Assembly: GCA_902562525.1 (NCBI GenBank)
Contig: CACETT010000001.1
Location: forward strand, 28,036 to 92,035
Length of the DNA stretch: 64,000 nt
Source: an uncultured Alphaproteobacteria bacterium
Lineage (GTDB): Bacteria; Pseudomonadota; Alphaproteobacteria; UBA7887
Direction of reading: 5' to 3'
Made by a program: the position numbers and the translations under genes. The notes beneath the pieces were generated by a model. It saw only the letters and a program-made list of their open reading frames with translations, made no database searches and had not been told where the DNA came from. The stretch's first letter is position 1. Every line of letters begins with the position of its first letter. This document shows positions 11,434 to 22,324 of this stretch, in pieces.

Positions 11434-12559
11434 GCTGGACACAGAGTTTGTCTGGCAGAAGGTACGTTTAGGTTCACCTGCGAGAAATTCATTGTCATCA
11501 GGGTTGCCAAGTGTTTACGTTCGACCGCTGGGAGTTCTTTGGGGAGAAGTGGCCAAGGCGGCAGTGGCTGACGGTCTAGCCTGGCCTTTTCTCGGTAACC
11601 GAGCGTACACGGCTTGCCAGGTCGTGCGCCGATTAGATTATTGTTATCAGATGACTCATATGACGGCGACTGCTTTTGGTTTATGGCGAGATAGTCAAAG
11701 TGGGGCTCTTTTAGATGAAATCGAGGCGTTGTCTGAAAACCTATCTGGGCCTCGTAAGAATCAGTTTGGGGGTGCTGGGAGGGCTCCTGAAATTGTTGGG
11801 ATCCTGAATGTTACCCCTGATAGCTTTTCCGACGGTGGTGAAAATATTCACACTCAACATGCTGTCAGGCATGCGTTACAAATGGTCGAAAATGGAGCTG
11901 CGATAATAGACGTTGGAGGTGAATCCACAAGACCCGGGGCAACGCCAATTTCAACTGAGTTAGAACAGGAGCGTGTATTGCCTGTAGTAGACGCCCTGCT
12001 GCGGAAAGGAATCCCCTTGTCCATAGATACCTACCATCCTGATACTATGCGCGCGGCGTCAGCGTTGGGAGTCACTATGCTCAACGACATTACGGGCTTC
12101 TCCGCGTACCCTGAAAGTTTAAGAATAGCCGTTGCCTCTGGCAGGGCCCTTGTATTGGTTCATTCTGCTTCTATGGCCCCCACTTCATGTGATGAGTTTG
12201 ATGGGGGAGTAGCTATTGAGATATTTGATGCTCTCTATCAGAGGGTCCAAATTATGGAGGGTCTCGGCGTTCCAAGAACTAATATTATTATTGATCCGGG
12301 GCTCGGATTCAACAAATCCAAGGAGGCCAACTTTAAGGTGCTTAGGTGGTTGGGTCTTTTTCATGGATTAGGGTGTCAGCTTATGTTAGGGGCATCGAGG
12401 AAGTTTGGTCGCGTCGAAAATAGCCGGTCTCCAAAAGATCGCCTAGGTGGTTCAATTGCCACTTGTGTCTATGGCGTCCAGCAAGGTGTGCAGCTGCTGC
12501 GAGTCCACGATGTGGTGGAGACCCGTCAGGCGCTTGGGGTATGGAGGGCTATGGAATAG
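11426..12559 (+). CDS. folP: Dihydropteroate synthase FolP (ORF-track start is over-extended; probable start ATG 11651 or 11660)
   Basis: Pterin-binding core [13 protein letters not shown] and the typical DHPS barrel motifs downstream. The first 75 codons overlap the ftsH end and lack homology. Confidence 0.85.
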   Translation: MAKLDTEFVWQKVRLGSPARNSLSSGLPSVYVRPLGVLWGEVAKAAVADGLAWPFLGNRAYTACQVVRRLDYCYQMTHMTATAFGLWRDSQSGALLDEIEALSENLSGPRKNQFGGAGRAPEIVGILNVTPDSFSDGGENIHTQHAVRHALQMVENGAAIIDVGGESTRPGATPISTELEQERVLPVVDALLRKGIPLSIDTYHPDTMRAASALGVTMLNDITGFSAYPESLRIAVASGRALVLVHSASMAPTSCDEFDGGVAIEIFDALYQRVQIMEGLGVPRTNIIIDPGLGFNKSKEANFKVLRWLGLFHGLGCQLMLGASRKFGRVENSRSPKDRLGGSIATCVYGVQQGVQLLRVHDVVETRQALGVWRAME

Positions 12560-12665
12560 AGTGGGCAAGCGCACGTTTCGTTTGGTCTTGTAAGAGCTGA
12601 TGTTGCAGTAGGGGCGATCCTGGTTTTCCGAGTAGGGGTCGGCAAGCGCCAAAAATAGAAGGATA

Positions 12666-14039
12666 TTGAGAGTGGGTAAATTGTTTGGCACGGACGGTAT
12701 TAGGGGGCGGGCGAATGAAGAACCCATGACTGCTGAGACGATGATGCGGGTTGGAGCAGCGGCAGGCAGGTACTTTATGCGGGGTGACCATCAGCACGAG
12801 GTAATCGTTGGAAAGGATACCCGTCTGTCGGGCTACATGGTAGAGCAGGCCTTGTCTGCCGGATTTATGAGTGTAGGAATGAATGTGACCCTTTTGGGAC
12901 CATTGCCGACCCCTGGCGTAGCCATCCGGACCCGCGAAAGTTCTGCTGATTTGGGTGTTATGATTTCTGCCTCTCATAACCCTTATCGGGACAACGGTCT
13001 AAAATTATTTGGACCTAACGGCCGCAAATTATCAGATGAGGCAGAAGGTACCATTGAGTCATGGGTGGTAGGTGAGAACGCGCCGTCTCCTGGACATCAG
13101 GAGAATAAAATCGGCCGATTGTCTCGCGATAATTGTGCCCAGGAGCGATATCAGGATTTCGTAATGAGTGTTCGGTCAAACACTGCTGATTTTGCTGGGC
13201 TCCGTGTAGTAATAGATTGCGCCAACGGTGCCGGTTATAAAGTGGCGATACGAGTTTTGAGGGAACTTGGTGTCGAGGTAATTCCATTAGGCGTGGAACC
13301 GGATGGAATGAATATTAATGAACGTTGCGGTTCAACCTCACCTGGCGCAATGTGCAAGGCCGTCGTGGATAGTCGGGCGCACATAGGATTTGCTCTGGAT
13401 GGAGACGCAGATCGCGTTTTAGCCGCCGATGAGCTGGGGGCAGTGCTAGATGGTGATCATCTAATGGCAGCACTTGCGACGGAGATGCAGAGGCAAGGTA
13501 AACTAATTGGGAATGGGGTGGTTGCAACCCAAATGTCAAATTTAGGGCTCGAGAGGTATCTGAACAGCTTGGGCCTGCAATTAATCAGAACCCAAGTCGG
13601 AGACAGGTATGTGACTGAGCAAATGTTTGATAACGGATATAATTTGGGGGGTGAACAGTCAGGGCATATCATTTTATCTGATCATAATGCGACAGGAGAT
13701 GGGCTTGTTACGGTAGTACGGATTTTGTCCATGCTTTGCGAGAGGGGGAAAGCCGCTAGTGAGGTATGTCGGATGTTTACCCCCCTTCCGCAGAGGCTCA
13801 CAAACATCCCTTGTCTGTCACCGGATGTTTTGGAGAAACATGCGGTTGAGTCCGTCATCTCCGATTGTGAGGGTAAACTTGCTGGTATTGGCAGGCTATT
13901 AGTGCGGTATTCTGGCACCGAGGCAGCGGTCCGAATCATGGTGGAGGCAGAGGAGGAACGTATGGTTCACTCTGTCACTCGGGCAATAGCTGGAGCGGTA
14001 GAGAAATGTGTGCAGAATTCTTTTGATGGAATGGAATAA
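12666..14039 (+). CDS. glmM: Phosphoglucosamine mutase GlmM (TTG start)
   Basis: GTDGIRG N-terminus, the active-site serine loop SASHNP, and a sugar-binding loop. Shows the conserved ftsH–folP–glmM order. Confidence 0.9.
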   Translation: MRVGKLFGTDGIRGRANEEPMTAETMMRVGAAAGRYFMRGDHQHEVIVGKDTRLSGYMVEQALSAGFMSVGMNVTLLGPLPTPGVAIRTRESSADLGVMISASHNPYRDNGLKLFGPNGRKLSDEAEGTIESWVVGENAPSPGHQENKIGRLSRDNCAQERYQDFVMSVRSNTADFAGLRVVIDCANGAGYKVAIRVLRELGVEVIPLGVEPDGMNINERCGSTSPGAMCKAVVDSRAHIGFALDGDADRVLAADELGAVLDGDHLMAALATEMQRQGKLIGNGVVATQMSNLGLERYLNSLGLQLIRTQVGDRYVTEQMFDNGYNLGGEQSGHIILSDHNATGDGLVTVVRILSMLCERGKAASEVCRMFTPLPQRLTNIPCLSPDVLEKHAVESVISDCEGKLAGIGRLLVRYSGTEAAVRIMVEAEEERMVHSVTRAIAGAVEKCVQNSFDGME

Positions 14040-14042
14040 TTA

Positions 14043-14837
14043 ATGAAGGGAAGAGTGCTTATAATTGCGGGGTCCGACTCAGGAGGTGGGGCAGGCCTTC
14101 AAGCAGACATAAAAACTATTTCAGCTCTTGGAGGTTATGCGGCTACGGCTGTTACAGCTCTAACGGCCCAGAACAGCCTCGGGGTTCACGCAATTTCTGA
14201 AGTTTCTGTCGACTTTGTTGAAGCCCAGATGACAGCAGTTCTTGAGGATCTAGGGGCAGACGCTATTAAATGTGGGATGCTTCATCGCGCAGAATTGATA
14301 CAAAGGGTTGGTGCTGTAATTTCCGATCTGGGAAAGGCCCCAATTCTGGTTGTGGATCCAGTCATGTATGCTAAGGGTGGCACACCACTCCTCCAGGAAA
14401 AGGCAGTTAGTGCCTTAAAGTCACGTTTAATTCCAATGGCCGATGTTATTACGCCCAATATACCTGAGGCTGAAGCTCTCCTAGGCCGCAGGGTAGAGAG
14501 CGTCGAGGCCATGAAGGCAGCTGCTGGCGAGCTTCTTGAGCTAGGCGCCAAAGCAGTGCTCTTGAAGGGCGGCCACCTGGATCATCCAGAGGTTTTTGAT
14601 GTTCTGGCCCAGCGCGGAAAACTTTCTGTATATAATTCGCCAAGAATAGCTTCGAAGGACACTCATGGAACCGGCTGCACGTTGGCTTCTGCGTTGACAA
14701 TTGGTTTGGCCCAAGGGAATCCTTTGGAGGCATCTGTGGCGGAAGCAAGGCAATATGTATTGGGGGCGATCATGAGTGCTCCCGGGTTAGGTGCTGGCCA
14801 TGGACCTTTAAACCACTCTCACAACTTTTTCAGTTGA
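14043..14837 (+). CDS. thiD: Hydroxymethylpyrimidine/phosphomethylpyrimidine kinase ThiD
   Basis: PfkB/ribokinase-like fold, GSDSGGGAGLQADIKT N-terminus and a THGTGCTLASAL anion hole typical of ThiD/PdxK. Confidence 0.85.
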   Translation: MKGRVLIIAGSDSGGGAGLQADIKTISALGGYAATAVTALTAQNSLGVHAISEVSVDFVEAQMTAVLEDLGADAIKCGMLHRAELIQRVGAVISDLGKAPILVVDPVMYAKGGTPLLQEKAVSALKSRLIPMADVITPNIPEAEALLGRRVESVEAMKAAAGELLELGAKAVLLKGGHLDHPEVFDVLAQRGKLSVYNSPRIASKDTHGTGCTLASALTIGLAQGNPLEASVAEARQYVLGAIMSAPGLGAGHGPLNHSHNFFS

Positions 14838-14855
14838 GTAAGGCAACATTGACGG

Positions 14856-16079
14856 GTGGGGTCGGTATCCTTAGTATCTGGCCGCTTCGGTTTTCAGTTC
14901 TCTGGTGCGGAGAAAAATAGTATGAAACCCACCGTCCTTCCCGAAAACCCGCGTTTTTCTTCGGGCCCATGTGTAAAGAGACCTGGATGGGACCTTAACG
15001 GTCTTGAGAGTGAATTCTTGGGGCGGTCGCATAGGTCAGCTCCTGCCAAAGCTCGAATTAGAGAAGTGTTGAGGCTGATGAGGGCCCTTCTTCGGTTACC
15101 AGAAGACTATCGCCTCGCTATAACACCGGCGTCGGATACCGGAGCGTTCGAAATGGCCTTGTGGTCCCTGTTGGGAAAATGTGGCGTCGATGTCTTGGTG
15201 TGGGATAGTTTTGGCGCTGGTTGGGCTACCGATGTCGTTGAGGAACTGGCCTTGGCTGATGTTAATATAATTGAGGCAGGTTATGGACGCATAGCAGATT
15301 TTGGGCAGGTGAAATTTGATCGGGACGTAATTTTTACTTGGAACGGCACTACCTCTGGGGTTTGCGTGCCAGATGGTGTTTGGATCCAAGAAAGCCGTAC
15401 GGGATTGACTTTCTGCGACGCAACTTCTGCTGCTTTCGCTATGGCGCTTCCCTGGCAAAAGCTGGATGTCACCACATATTCTTGGCAAAAGGCGTTAGGT
15501 GGAGAGGCGCAGCACGGGGTGATTATCTTAAGTCCACGTGCATATTCTAGACTTGAGACATGGGAGCCAAAGTGGCCAATTCCAAAGATTTTTAGGATGA
15601 CAAAAAATAATGAGCCGGTAGAAGGGTTTTTTGATGTCGATACTATAAATACTCCTTCTATGTTGTGTATTGAGGATATTTTGGACTCGTTGTTGTGGGC
15701 TGAGGCTATTGGGGGAGCTGAGGAACTTATTCGACGGAACAGAGAAAATTTTTCTATTATCGAGGATTGGGTGGCAATAACTCCTTGGATCGAGTTTCTG
15801 GCTACTTCACCCGCCATCCGGTCAACGACTTCAGTTTGTTTGAGTATCGTTGATCCCTGGTTTTTATCATTATCATCTTCAGAGAAGCAAAAATTTGTTA
15901 GTGGAATGTGTAATTTGTTGGAGAAAGAGGGGGTTGCATTTGATATTAAGGGATATCGGGATGCTCCTCCTGGAATACGTATTTGGGCGGGCTCAACTGT
16001 TGAGAAAGAAAATATAGTGGCTCTTTTGCCATGGCTCGAGTGGGCATTTAAGCGGGGTAAGGATGTTGCGGACCAATAG
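14856..16079 (+). CDS. serC: Phosphoserine aminotransferase SerC, short archaeal/alphaproteobacterial type (probable start ATG 14922)
   Basis: Class-V aminotransferase of about 385 aa with N-terminus KPTVLPENPRFSSGP. Directly upstream of serA. Confidence 0.85.
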   Translation: MGSVSLVSGRFGFQFSGAEKNSMKPTVLPENPRFSSGPCVKRPGWDLNGLESEFLGRSHRSAPAKARIREVLRLMRALLRLPEDYRLAITPASDTGAFEMALWSLLGKCGVDVLVWDSFGAGWATDVVEELALADVNIIEAGYGRIADFGQVKFDRDVIFTWNGTTSGVCVPDGVWIQESRTGLTFCDATSAAFAMALPWQKLDVTTYSWQKALGGEAQHGVIILSPRAYSRLETWEPKWPIPKIFRMTKNNEPVEGFFDVDTINTPSMLCIEDILDSLLWAEAIGGAEELIRRNRENFSIIEDWVAITPWIEFLATSPAIRSTTSVCLSIVDPWFLSLSSSEKQKFVSGMCNLLEKEGVAFDIKGYRDAPPGIRIWAGSTVEKENIVALLPWLEWAFKRGKDVADQ

Positions 16080-16085
16080 ACCTGA

Positions 16086-17690
16086 TTGGGACTGTATTCA
16101 CAGGATGGTGAAATGAGCAGAGTGTTAATATCTGATAAACTGAGCCCAAGCGCTGTTGATGTGTTTAACAGCCATGGTATCGACGTAGATATCAGGGTCG
16201 GCATGACGGCGCATCAACTACTGGAGTCCATAGACAAGTATGACGGGCTTGCTGTTCGCTCAGCTACAAATGTAGATACCTCATTGCTAATGGCCGGACA
16301 TCGATTGAAGGTTGTGGGTCGGGCAGGTATCGGAATAGACAATATCAACCTCACGGCGGCTACCAAACAGGGAATTTTGGTTATGAACACGCCGTTTGGA
16401 AATTCGATAACTACTGCGGAGCATACGATAGCCCTATTGTTGTCCCTGTGTCGTCAGATCCCAAAAGCAGATTCTTCTGTTCGGCAAGGAAAATGGGAAA
16501 AAGCTCATTTTATGGGAGTGGAGGTGAGCGGTAAGGTTTTAGGCCTAGTGGGTTGTGGAAATATTGGCTCGATAGTTGCCGATCGAGCCCAAGGGCTCAA
16601 AATGAAAGTTTTAGTTTATGATCCCTTTGTGACTAATGAACAAGCTCGGGATCTTGGGGTAGAGAAAGTTGACTTTGATGATTTGTTGACCAGGTCCGAT
16701 ATTGTCAGCTTACATGTTCCCCTGACCGACACGACCCGTGGAATGATTGATGCGTCAGTTATGGATAAGATGCGATCGGGCGTTCGTATTATCAATTGCG
16801 CCCGAGGAGGCCTAATAGTTGAGCGCGACTTGAAGTCGGCCATTAGAGGTGGTCAGGTTGCAGGCGCTGCTTTAGATGTTTTTGAGAATGAACCACCTGA
16901 GGACCCAGGCCTGTTAGAGCTCAGGGAAGTCATTGTTACCCCCCACTTGGGGGCCTCCACGAATGAAGCGCAGGAAAATGTAGCGATTCAGCTAGCTAAA
17001 CAAATGTCAAATTATCTATTAACCGGGTCTGTTACTAACGCATTGAATATGGCATCTTTAACTCCCGAGGAGGCCCCACGTTTAGCCCCATACATGTCTC
17101 TTGTGAAACAACTCGGCAGTTTTGCAGGCCAGGCCATAGAGGAAGGGGTTAGAGAGATAGTTATAGAGTATGAAGGAGCCGCAGCCAGTCTTAATACTAA
17201 ACCTTTGACTGCCGCCTTGCTGGAAGCGATTCTTAGCCCTTCATTAGAGTCTGTTAATATGGTAAATGCCCCCTTTGTCGCAAAAGATCGCAACATCGAA
17301 GTTGTGGAGGTGAAGAGAGAGTCTCCGTGTGATTATAATAGTATGGTGCGCCTGACTATTGAGGCGGAAAACCACACGGGGAGTTTTGGTGGAACACTTT
17401 TTGGTGGTCGTCCACGTCTTACTCAGATTGATGGAATAAACATCGAAGCAGAATTAGGTTCTTATATGTTGTTTGTGCGAAACCACGACAAACCGGGATT
17501 TATAGGAAGTTTCGGTGGGGTATTGGGTCAGGCTGGTGTTAATATTGCCACCTTTCACCTGGGGCGGGGGGCAGTTGGCGGAGAGGCCATTGCCCTAATT
17601 GAGGTTGATCAGCCTGTGACAGAAGATATTCTACAACAGGTAACTTGCTTGCCCAATGTGGTTCAGGTGAAGCCCTTGTCTTTCGATTGA
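16086..17690 (+). CDS. serA: D-3-phosphoglycerate dehydrogenase SerA (with C-terminal ASB/ACT regulatory domains; probable start 16113)
   Basis: 2-hydroxyacid dehydrogenase NAD-binding motif GLVGCGNIGS and catalytic His/Glu region, plus a long C-terminal extension characteristic of type I SerA. Confidence 0.9.
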   Translation: MGLYSQDGEMSRVLISDKLSPSAVDVFNSHGIDVDIRVGMTAHQLLESIDKYDGLAVRSATNVDTSLLMAGHRLKVVGRAGIGIDNINLTAATKQGILVMNTPFGNSITTAEHTIALLLSLCRQIPKADSSVRQGKWEKAHFMGVEVSGKVLGLVGCGNIGSIVADRAQGLKMKVLVYDPFVTNEQARDLGVEKVDFDDLLTRSDIVSLHVPLTDTTRGMIDASVMDKMRSGVRIINCARGGLIVERDLKSAIRGGQVAGAALDVFENEPPEDPGLLELREVIVTPHLGASTNEAQENVAIQLAKQMSNYLLTGSVTNALNMASLTPEEAPRLAPYMSLVKQLGSFAGQAIEEGVREIVIEYEGAAASLNTKPLTAALLEAILSPSLESVNMVNAPFVAKDRNIEVVEVKRESPCDYNSMVRLTIEAENHTGSFGGTLFGGRPRLTQIDGINIEAELGSYMLFVRNHDKPGFIGSFGGVLGQAGVNIATFHLGRGAVGGEAIALIEVDQPVTEDILQQVTCLPNVVQVKPLSFD

Positions 17691-17742
17691 TCTGTCTGAT
17701 TGACTGAGCCTTGTATATTTCAACCTCAATGAATTACTCACT

Positions 17743-18909
17743 ATGATTGATAATCTAGAAGATGCCGTGCTTCCATCTGGGCTAAGTGATTTGCTTCCCC
17801 CTTTTGCTGCTCATGAAGAGGAGTTGGCTGCCAAACTGCGCAATTGCTTTGGCTCGGCCGGCTACGAGCTAGTCAAGCCTCCCTTGATCGAATTCGAGGT
17901 GGCCCTCCTTAAGGGAATAGGGGCCGATGTAGCTAAGGAAACCTTTCGGCTCATGGACCCGGTATCACATAATATGATGGCGGCTCGTGCCGATATTACA
18001 CCTCAAGTGGCGCGGTTAGCGTGGACCCAACTTAGGCAAGCTCCGAGGCCCCTCCGGGTTATGTACGATGGCGAGGTCTTGCGAACTTCCGTAGGACGAA
18101 GCCAACAAAAAAGGGGGTTTAGAACTGTGGGCGCGGAGTTGATTGGCTCCGCCGACGCTGCCATGGCAGATGTTGAGGTAATATTGCTTGCAGCGGAGTC
18201 ACTGCTAGGTTTAGGTATTAAAGACCTTACCGTTGATATTAACGTGCCTTCCATGGCGCAGTTTATATGCAGTGACATGAAGCTGTCTCCGGCGGAGATG
18301 CAACATGTTGTGCAGGCGCTAAGTAGGAAAGACCGCAGTGCCATCGAAAAGGTGGTTGGCGATACCGAGGATCGACTGTTGGGCCTTCTGGCTGCTGGAG
18401 GTAATGCGGAAGAGTGTCTCGAGAAACTGAAACAACTTAGTCTGCCCGATGAGGCTGCTTTGCTGAACACCCGCTTGGGAGAAGTTGTGTCTCTGATAAG
18501 GAAAAGACAGCCGGCTTTAAAATTAACAGTTGACCCAGCGGAAACAAGGGGTTTTGAGTACCATTTAGGGGTTAGCTTTGCTGTTTTTGCTACGGGTGCG
18601 CCTTCCGAGCTGGGAATGGGCGGACGGTATCAATCAAATAAAAATGAAATGGCGACGGGGTTTACTCTCTTCATGGATGTTCTGACTGACTTGGTGCCTA
18701 GGAAGAATTCAGCGCAACGCCTGTATCTCCCATTTGGAGCTTCATCTGGAATTAGCAACAAGTTGAGAGAAGCTGGGTGGATTGTTGTTCATGGATTGGT
18801 TCCTGAGTCGGATATTGAGTCCGAAGGACGTCGTTTATTGTGTTCGCATTTTTGGGTGGAAGATGAGGTATGCCCCCTTCCGAACCCACAAGAGTCAGGA
18901 GTCAAATAA
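17743..18909 (+). CDS. hisZ: ATP phosphoribosyltransferase regulatory subunit HisZ (HisRS-like paralog)
   Basis: Class II aaRS-like catalytic core without an anticodon-binding domain; N-terminus [11 protein letters not shown]...[10 protein letters not shown] is typical of HisZ. Confidence 0.8.
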   Translation: MIDNLEDAVLPSGLSDLLPPFAAHEEELAAKLRNCFGSAGYELVKPPLIEFEVALLKGIGADVAKETFRLMDPVSHNMMAARADITPQVARLAWTQLRQAPRPLRVMYDGEVLRTSVGRSQQKRGFRTVGAELIGSADAAMADVEVILLAAESLLGLGIKDLTVDINVPSMAQFICSDMKLSPAEMQHVVQALSRKDRSAIEKVVGDTEDRLLGLLAAGGNAEECLEKLKQLSLPDEAALLNTRLGEVVSLIRKRQPALKLTVDPAETRGFEYHLGVSFAVFATGAPSELGMGGRYQSNKNEMATGFTLFMDVLTDLVPRKNSAQRLYLPFGASSGISNKLREAGWIVVHGLVPESDIESEGRRLLCSHFWVEDEVCPLPNPQESGVK

Positions 18910-20210
18910 TGCCAAGTGTCGCGGTAGTAGGGACTCAATGGGGAGATGAGGGCAAAGGAAAAATAGTTGACTGGCTTTCTGAAGAAGCTGATGTAGTAGT
19001 GCGGTATCAAGGTGGACATAATGCTGGACACACTCTGGTTGTGGAGGGTGTAACTTATAAATTGAGTTTGCTGCCATCGGGGATTGTCAGACCATCCGCT
19101 GTTTCTCTGATTGGGAATGGTGTTGTGATAGATCCATGGGCATTCTTGGAAGAAATTGAGCGTGTGCAACGACAAGGGGTTTCAATTACTCCAGAGCGTC
19201 TCCGAGTTGCTGAGAACTGTTGTCTAATCCTTCCTTATCACGGAGAGTTGGACAGAGCTCGAGAGGGCAACAAGAAGGGAGGTGGCATAGGTACCACGGG
19301 TCGCGGAATTGGTCCTGCCTATGAGGACAAGGTCGCGCGTAGGGCAATCCGGCTATGCGACTTGTCAGATAGCGAAGTGCTTGCAGAGCGCCTGGATATT
19401 GCCTTGGATCATCACAATAGTCTTCGCTCGGCATTAGATTTGGCGCTTATTGATAAGGATGTAATGGTTGAGGAACTTATGAAGATCGCTCCGCGCCTTC
19501 TTCCGCACCAGGACTCGGTGTGGCAAATACTACACCGCAGTAGAATGAAGGGTGAGCGGATACTTTTTGAAGGGGCACAGGGTGCAATGTTGGATATTGA
19601 TCATGGCACCTACCCCTATGTCACTTCATCCAACACATTGGCTGGAAGCATCTCATCAGGCTGTGGAATTGATCCCAAGGCCTTGGATTATGTGCTGGGT
19701 ATTTCAAAAGCATATTCGACCAGGGTAGGGAACGGCCCATTTCCCACCGAGCTTCTGGATGATATCGGGCAGGCGATAGGAGAGCGGGGCAAGGAATTCG
19801 GGACAGTAACTGGGAGGAAACGAAGGTGTGGATGGTTTGACGCTGTCATGCTCCGGCAGGTAGTCCAGATGTCGGGCGTGGACGGAATTGCCCTTACAAA
19901 GCTCGATGTACTTGATGAATTGTCTGAAATAAAGATATGTGTTGGATATGAGCTAGAAGGAAAGGCAATCCGTTGTTTGCCTTCGTCGGCCAAACTCCAG
20001 GCTCTAGTGACGCCAATATGTGAAACATTAGCAGGCTGGAAGAGCAGCACAGAAGGCGTGCGCTCATTGGAGCAACTCCCAGACGAAGCTCTTAGATATG
20101 TGAAACGAATAGAGGAGCTAATTAGTGCCCCAGTCACAATACTTTCGACGGGGCCTGATCGTAAGGATACTATCGTTATAAGGGATCCATTTTCCTCCAC
20201 CGCTCATTGA
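18870..20210 (+). CDS. purA: Adenylosuccinate synthetase PurA (true start ATG 18909, overlapping the hisZ stop)
   Basis: P-loop [17 protein letters not shown], and the [12 protein letters not shown] motif. Confidence 0.95.
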   Translation: MPPSEPTRVRSQIMPSVAVVGTQWGDEGKGKIVDWLSEEADVVVRYQGGHNAGHTLVVEGVTYKLSLLPSGIVRPSAVSLIGNGVVIDPWAFLEEIERVQRQGVSITPERLRVAENCCLILPYHGELDRAREGNKKGGGIGTTGRGIGPAYEDKVARRAIRLCDLSDSEVLAERLDIALDHHNSLRSALDLALIDKDVMVEELMKIAPRLLPHQDSVWQILHRSRMKGERILFEGAQGAMLDIDHGTYPYVTSSNTLAGSISSGCGIDPKALDYVLGISKAYSTRVGNGPFPTELLDDIGQAIGERGKEFGTVTGRKRRCGWFDAVMLRQVVQMSGVDGIALTKLDVLDELSEIKICVGYELEGKAIRCLPSSAKLQALVTPICETLAGWKSSTEGVRSLEQLPDEALRYVKRIEELISAPVTILSTGPDRKDTIVIRDPFSSTAH

Positions 20211-20271
20211 GCAATGTGTCTCGGATTTGGTTGGCTGGCTTCTCTCGATTTTTCCCAACAGACTGATGTTA

Positions 20272-21225
20272 TTATTTAGCGTCCTGATCTTGTGTTTGTT
20301 GATTTTTCTGCTCTATTGAGTGCTCAACTTTTTCAAATGCTCTAGCTTCAATCTGACGAACTCTCTCTCTGCTAATTTTATATATTTGGCTAAGTTCTTC
20401 TAGTGTCATAGGTTCCTCGATAAGGCGGCGCTGGGTAAAAATATGGCGTTCCCTTTCGTTTAATTCAGACATCGCAGATTCTAACATTCTCCTTTGATGG
20501 GAAAGTTCATCAGCTTCTGTAATTTCTACTTCTTGATTGGGTGTTGGGTCTTCTAGCCAATCTTGCCATTCAGCATCATTCTCTCCATCTGCCCTTAATG
20601 GAGCATTGAGGGAGTGGTCCGGTGCGGCAAGCCTTCGGTTCATATTTATAACTTCGTGCTCTGGCACATTAAGCCTATCGGCTATAGTGGCCACGGTTTC
20701 AGGCGGTAAGTCACCTTCATCAATAGCCTTTAGTTGACGTTTTAACTTCCTAAGATTGAAGAAAAGCTTCTTTTGGGCGGCTGTGGTACCAATTTTCACG
20801 AGAGACCATGAATGCAGAATATATTCTTGTATTGCGGCTCTGATCCACCACATTGCGTAGGTAGCCAGACGAAAGCCTCGGTCAGGATCAAACCGTTTTA
20901 CTGCTTGCATCATGCCGATGTTACCCTCAGAAATTAATTCACTGACTGGTAATCCATAGCCACGATACCCCATAGCGATCTTGGCCACCAATCGCAGGTG
21001 GGATGTAACTAATTTGTGGGCAGAGTCCACGTCCCCATGGTCCAACCAATCCTTAGCGAGTTGAAATTCTTCTTCTTTCGTGAGAATTGGGAAGCGACGT
21101 ATCTCACGTAGGTAGCGAGATAGGCCGCTCTCACCAGAAAGAACGGGAAGTTTAGACGAACCCATATTTTGTTCTCCGAGGCGTGCAAACCATTGGGCCA
21201 AGCATGTAATGGTGACTCTACCCAC
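20272..21225 (-). CDS. rpoH: RNA polymerase sigma-32 factor RpoH (probable start at 21165)
   Basis: Sigma-70 regions 2 to 4 and the RpoH box QRKLFFNLRKLK. Confidence 0.9.
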   Translation of the reverse strand: MGRVTITCLAQWFARLGEQNMGSSKLPVLSGESGLSRYLREIRRFPILTKEEEFQLAKDWLDHGDVDSAHKLVTSHLRLVAKIAMGYRGYGLPVSELISEGNIGMMQAVKRFDPDRGFRLATYAMWWIRAAIQEYILHSWSLVKIGTTAAQKKLFFNLRKLKRQLKAIDEGDLPPETVATIADRLNVPEHEVINMNRRLAAPDHSLNAPLRADGENDAEWQDWLEDPTPNQEVEITEADELSHQRRMLESAMSELNERERHIFTQRRLIEEPMTLEELSQIYKISRERVRQIEARAFEKVEHSIEQKNQQTQDQDAK

Positions 21226-21290
21226 TTCATTTGAGGTTTCTTAGGCTAATTGTCAATAGCTGGAGTCCGGTAGTTATGAAATTGGGCTTA

Positions 21291-22259
21291 TCATCCCCCT
21301 TCGAGCGCTTTCACTAAGTTAGCCATGTCGTCGGGTAATCTCGAGCGAAACTCCATAACTTCGTTATTGGTTGGGTGGAGAAAGTTTAACATAAAGGCAT
21401 GGAGCGCCTGGCGGGGGAATTCACGTAGTGTTGTTTTCATGGGAGACCCCGAGTGTTGCCGAAGTCCACGATGACCGCCGTAAAGTGGATCGGCCAAAAC
21501 GGAATGACCAATTTCCGCCATATGTACCCGGATTTGATGTGTCCGACCTGTGGTTAGTTCGCATACTATTAGTGAGGCATCTTTATCACCAAAAATTTTT
21601 TCCACTTGATAAAATGTCTGAGCGGCTTTACCGCCTTTAGATACGACCGCCATTTTCTTTCGATTTTTCGGATTTCGGCCTATACTGGTGTTAACGTGGC
21701 CTCGGTGCGGTTGTGGGACACCTAGAACTATGGCTTTATATTTACGTTTTATCGTTTTTCTCACAAATGAATTTGTGAGTTGTTTGTGGGCTAGGTCATT
21801 CTTCGCAGCGACCAAAAGCCCACTCGTGTCTTTATCAAGCCGATGTACTATGCCGGGTCGCCGTACGCCACCAATTCCTGATAGGCTCGGTCCGCAGTGG
21901 GATAATAAGGCGTTGACCAAAGTGTTGTCAGGGTGACCAGGTGCAGGATGCACGACGAGCCCTGCTGGCTTATTTATTACTATCAGGTCGTTATCTTCGT
22001 AGGCTATATCTAAGGGTATGCGCTGGGGCTTTGGTTTGCTTGATTGTGGAGGAGGAACAGTTATGATGATCTTGTCACCGGCTGAAACACGAAATGCTGG
22101 GTCACCGTAGGGTTTCATATTTACTGTTACCTGACCCGCAATAATGAGTGTCTTCACACGTGTTCGAGAGAATTCAGGCAACTGTGCCGTTAGAAACTGA
22201 TCTAGTCGGCCGCGTGCTGAAGTGGTTTCGACACAGAATTGGTGTTTTTTTGCTTCCAT
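21291..22259 (-). CDS. rluD: RluA-family 23S rRNA pseudouridine synthase (RluD-like, N-terminal S4 domain)
   Basis: S4 RNA-binding domain RLDQFL..., catalytic motif [16 protein letters not shown], and conserved motif III. Confidence 0.85.
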   Translation of the reverse strand: MEAKKHQFCVETTSARGRLDQFLTAQLPEFSRTRVKTLIIAGQVTVNMKPYGDPAFRVSAGDKIIITVPPPQSSKPKPQRIPLDIAYEDNDLIVINKPAGLVVHPAPGHPDNTLVNALLSHCGPSLSGIGGVRRPGIVHRLDKDTSGLLVAAKNDLAHKQLTNSFVRKTIKRKYKAIVLGVPQPHRGHVNTSIGRNPKNRKKMAVVSKGGKAAQTFYQVEKIFGDKDASLIVCELTTGRTHQIRVHMAEIGHSVLADPLYGGHRGLRQHSGSPMKTTLREFPRQALHAFMLNFLHPTNNEVMEFRSRLPDDMANLVKALEGG

Positions 22260-22280
22260 TGCCCGGTTGATATGTTGGGG

Positions 22281-22310
22281 TTTGAGCGATTAATATAGCT
22301 GTACTAAAAT
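22281..22310 (+). promoter_or_regulatory. Candidate sigma70 promoter TTGAGC-N17-TAAAAT upstream of the 88-aa/JAB gene pair
   Basis: Hexamers at 22282-22287 and 22305-22310 with a 17-nt spacer, in an AT-rich intergenic region divergent from rluD. Confidence 0.3.
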
Positions 22311-22324
22311 TTATTGTAATAGCC

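Noticed and set aside
12549-12977. 142-aa minus-strand ORF spanning the folP–glmM junction
   Set aside because: It overlaps two well-supported sense genes and the intergenic region, and it has no homology and an arginine/histidine-rich reverse-frame composition.
15281-16204. 307-aa minus-strand ORF
   Set aside because: It lies antisense inside serC and runs into serA with no plausible start context. Both sense genes have strong homology signatures.
19688-20200. 170-aa minus-strand ORF
   Set aside because: It lies antisense within purA, which has unmistakable P-loop and GDP-binding motifs on the plus strand.
21166-21290. Possible sigma-32 or sigma-70 promoter upstream of rpoH (a TTGACA-like hexamer in the rluD–rpoH spacer)
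   Set aside because: A TTGACA is present, but no convincing -10 at the right spacing and no CCCCATnT-type sigma-32 element could be aligned by eye. It is left unannotated.
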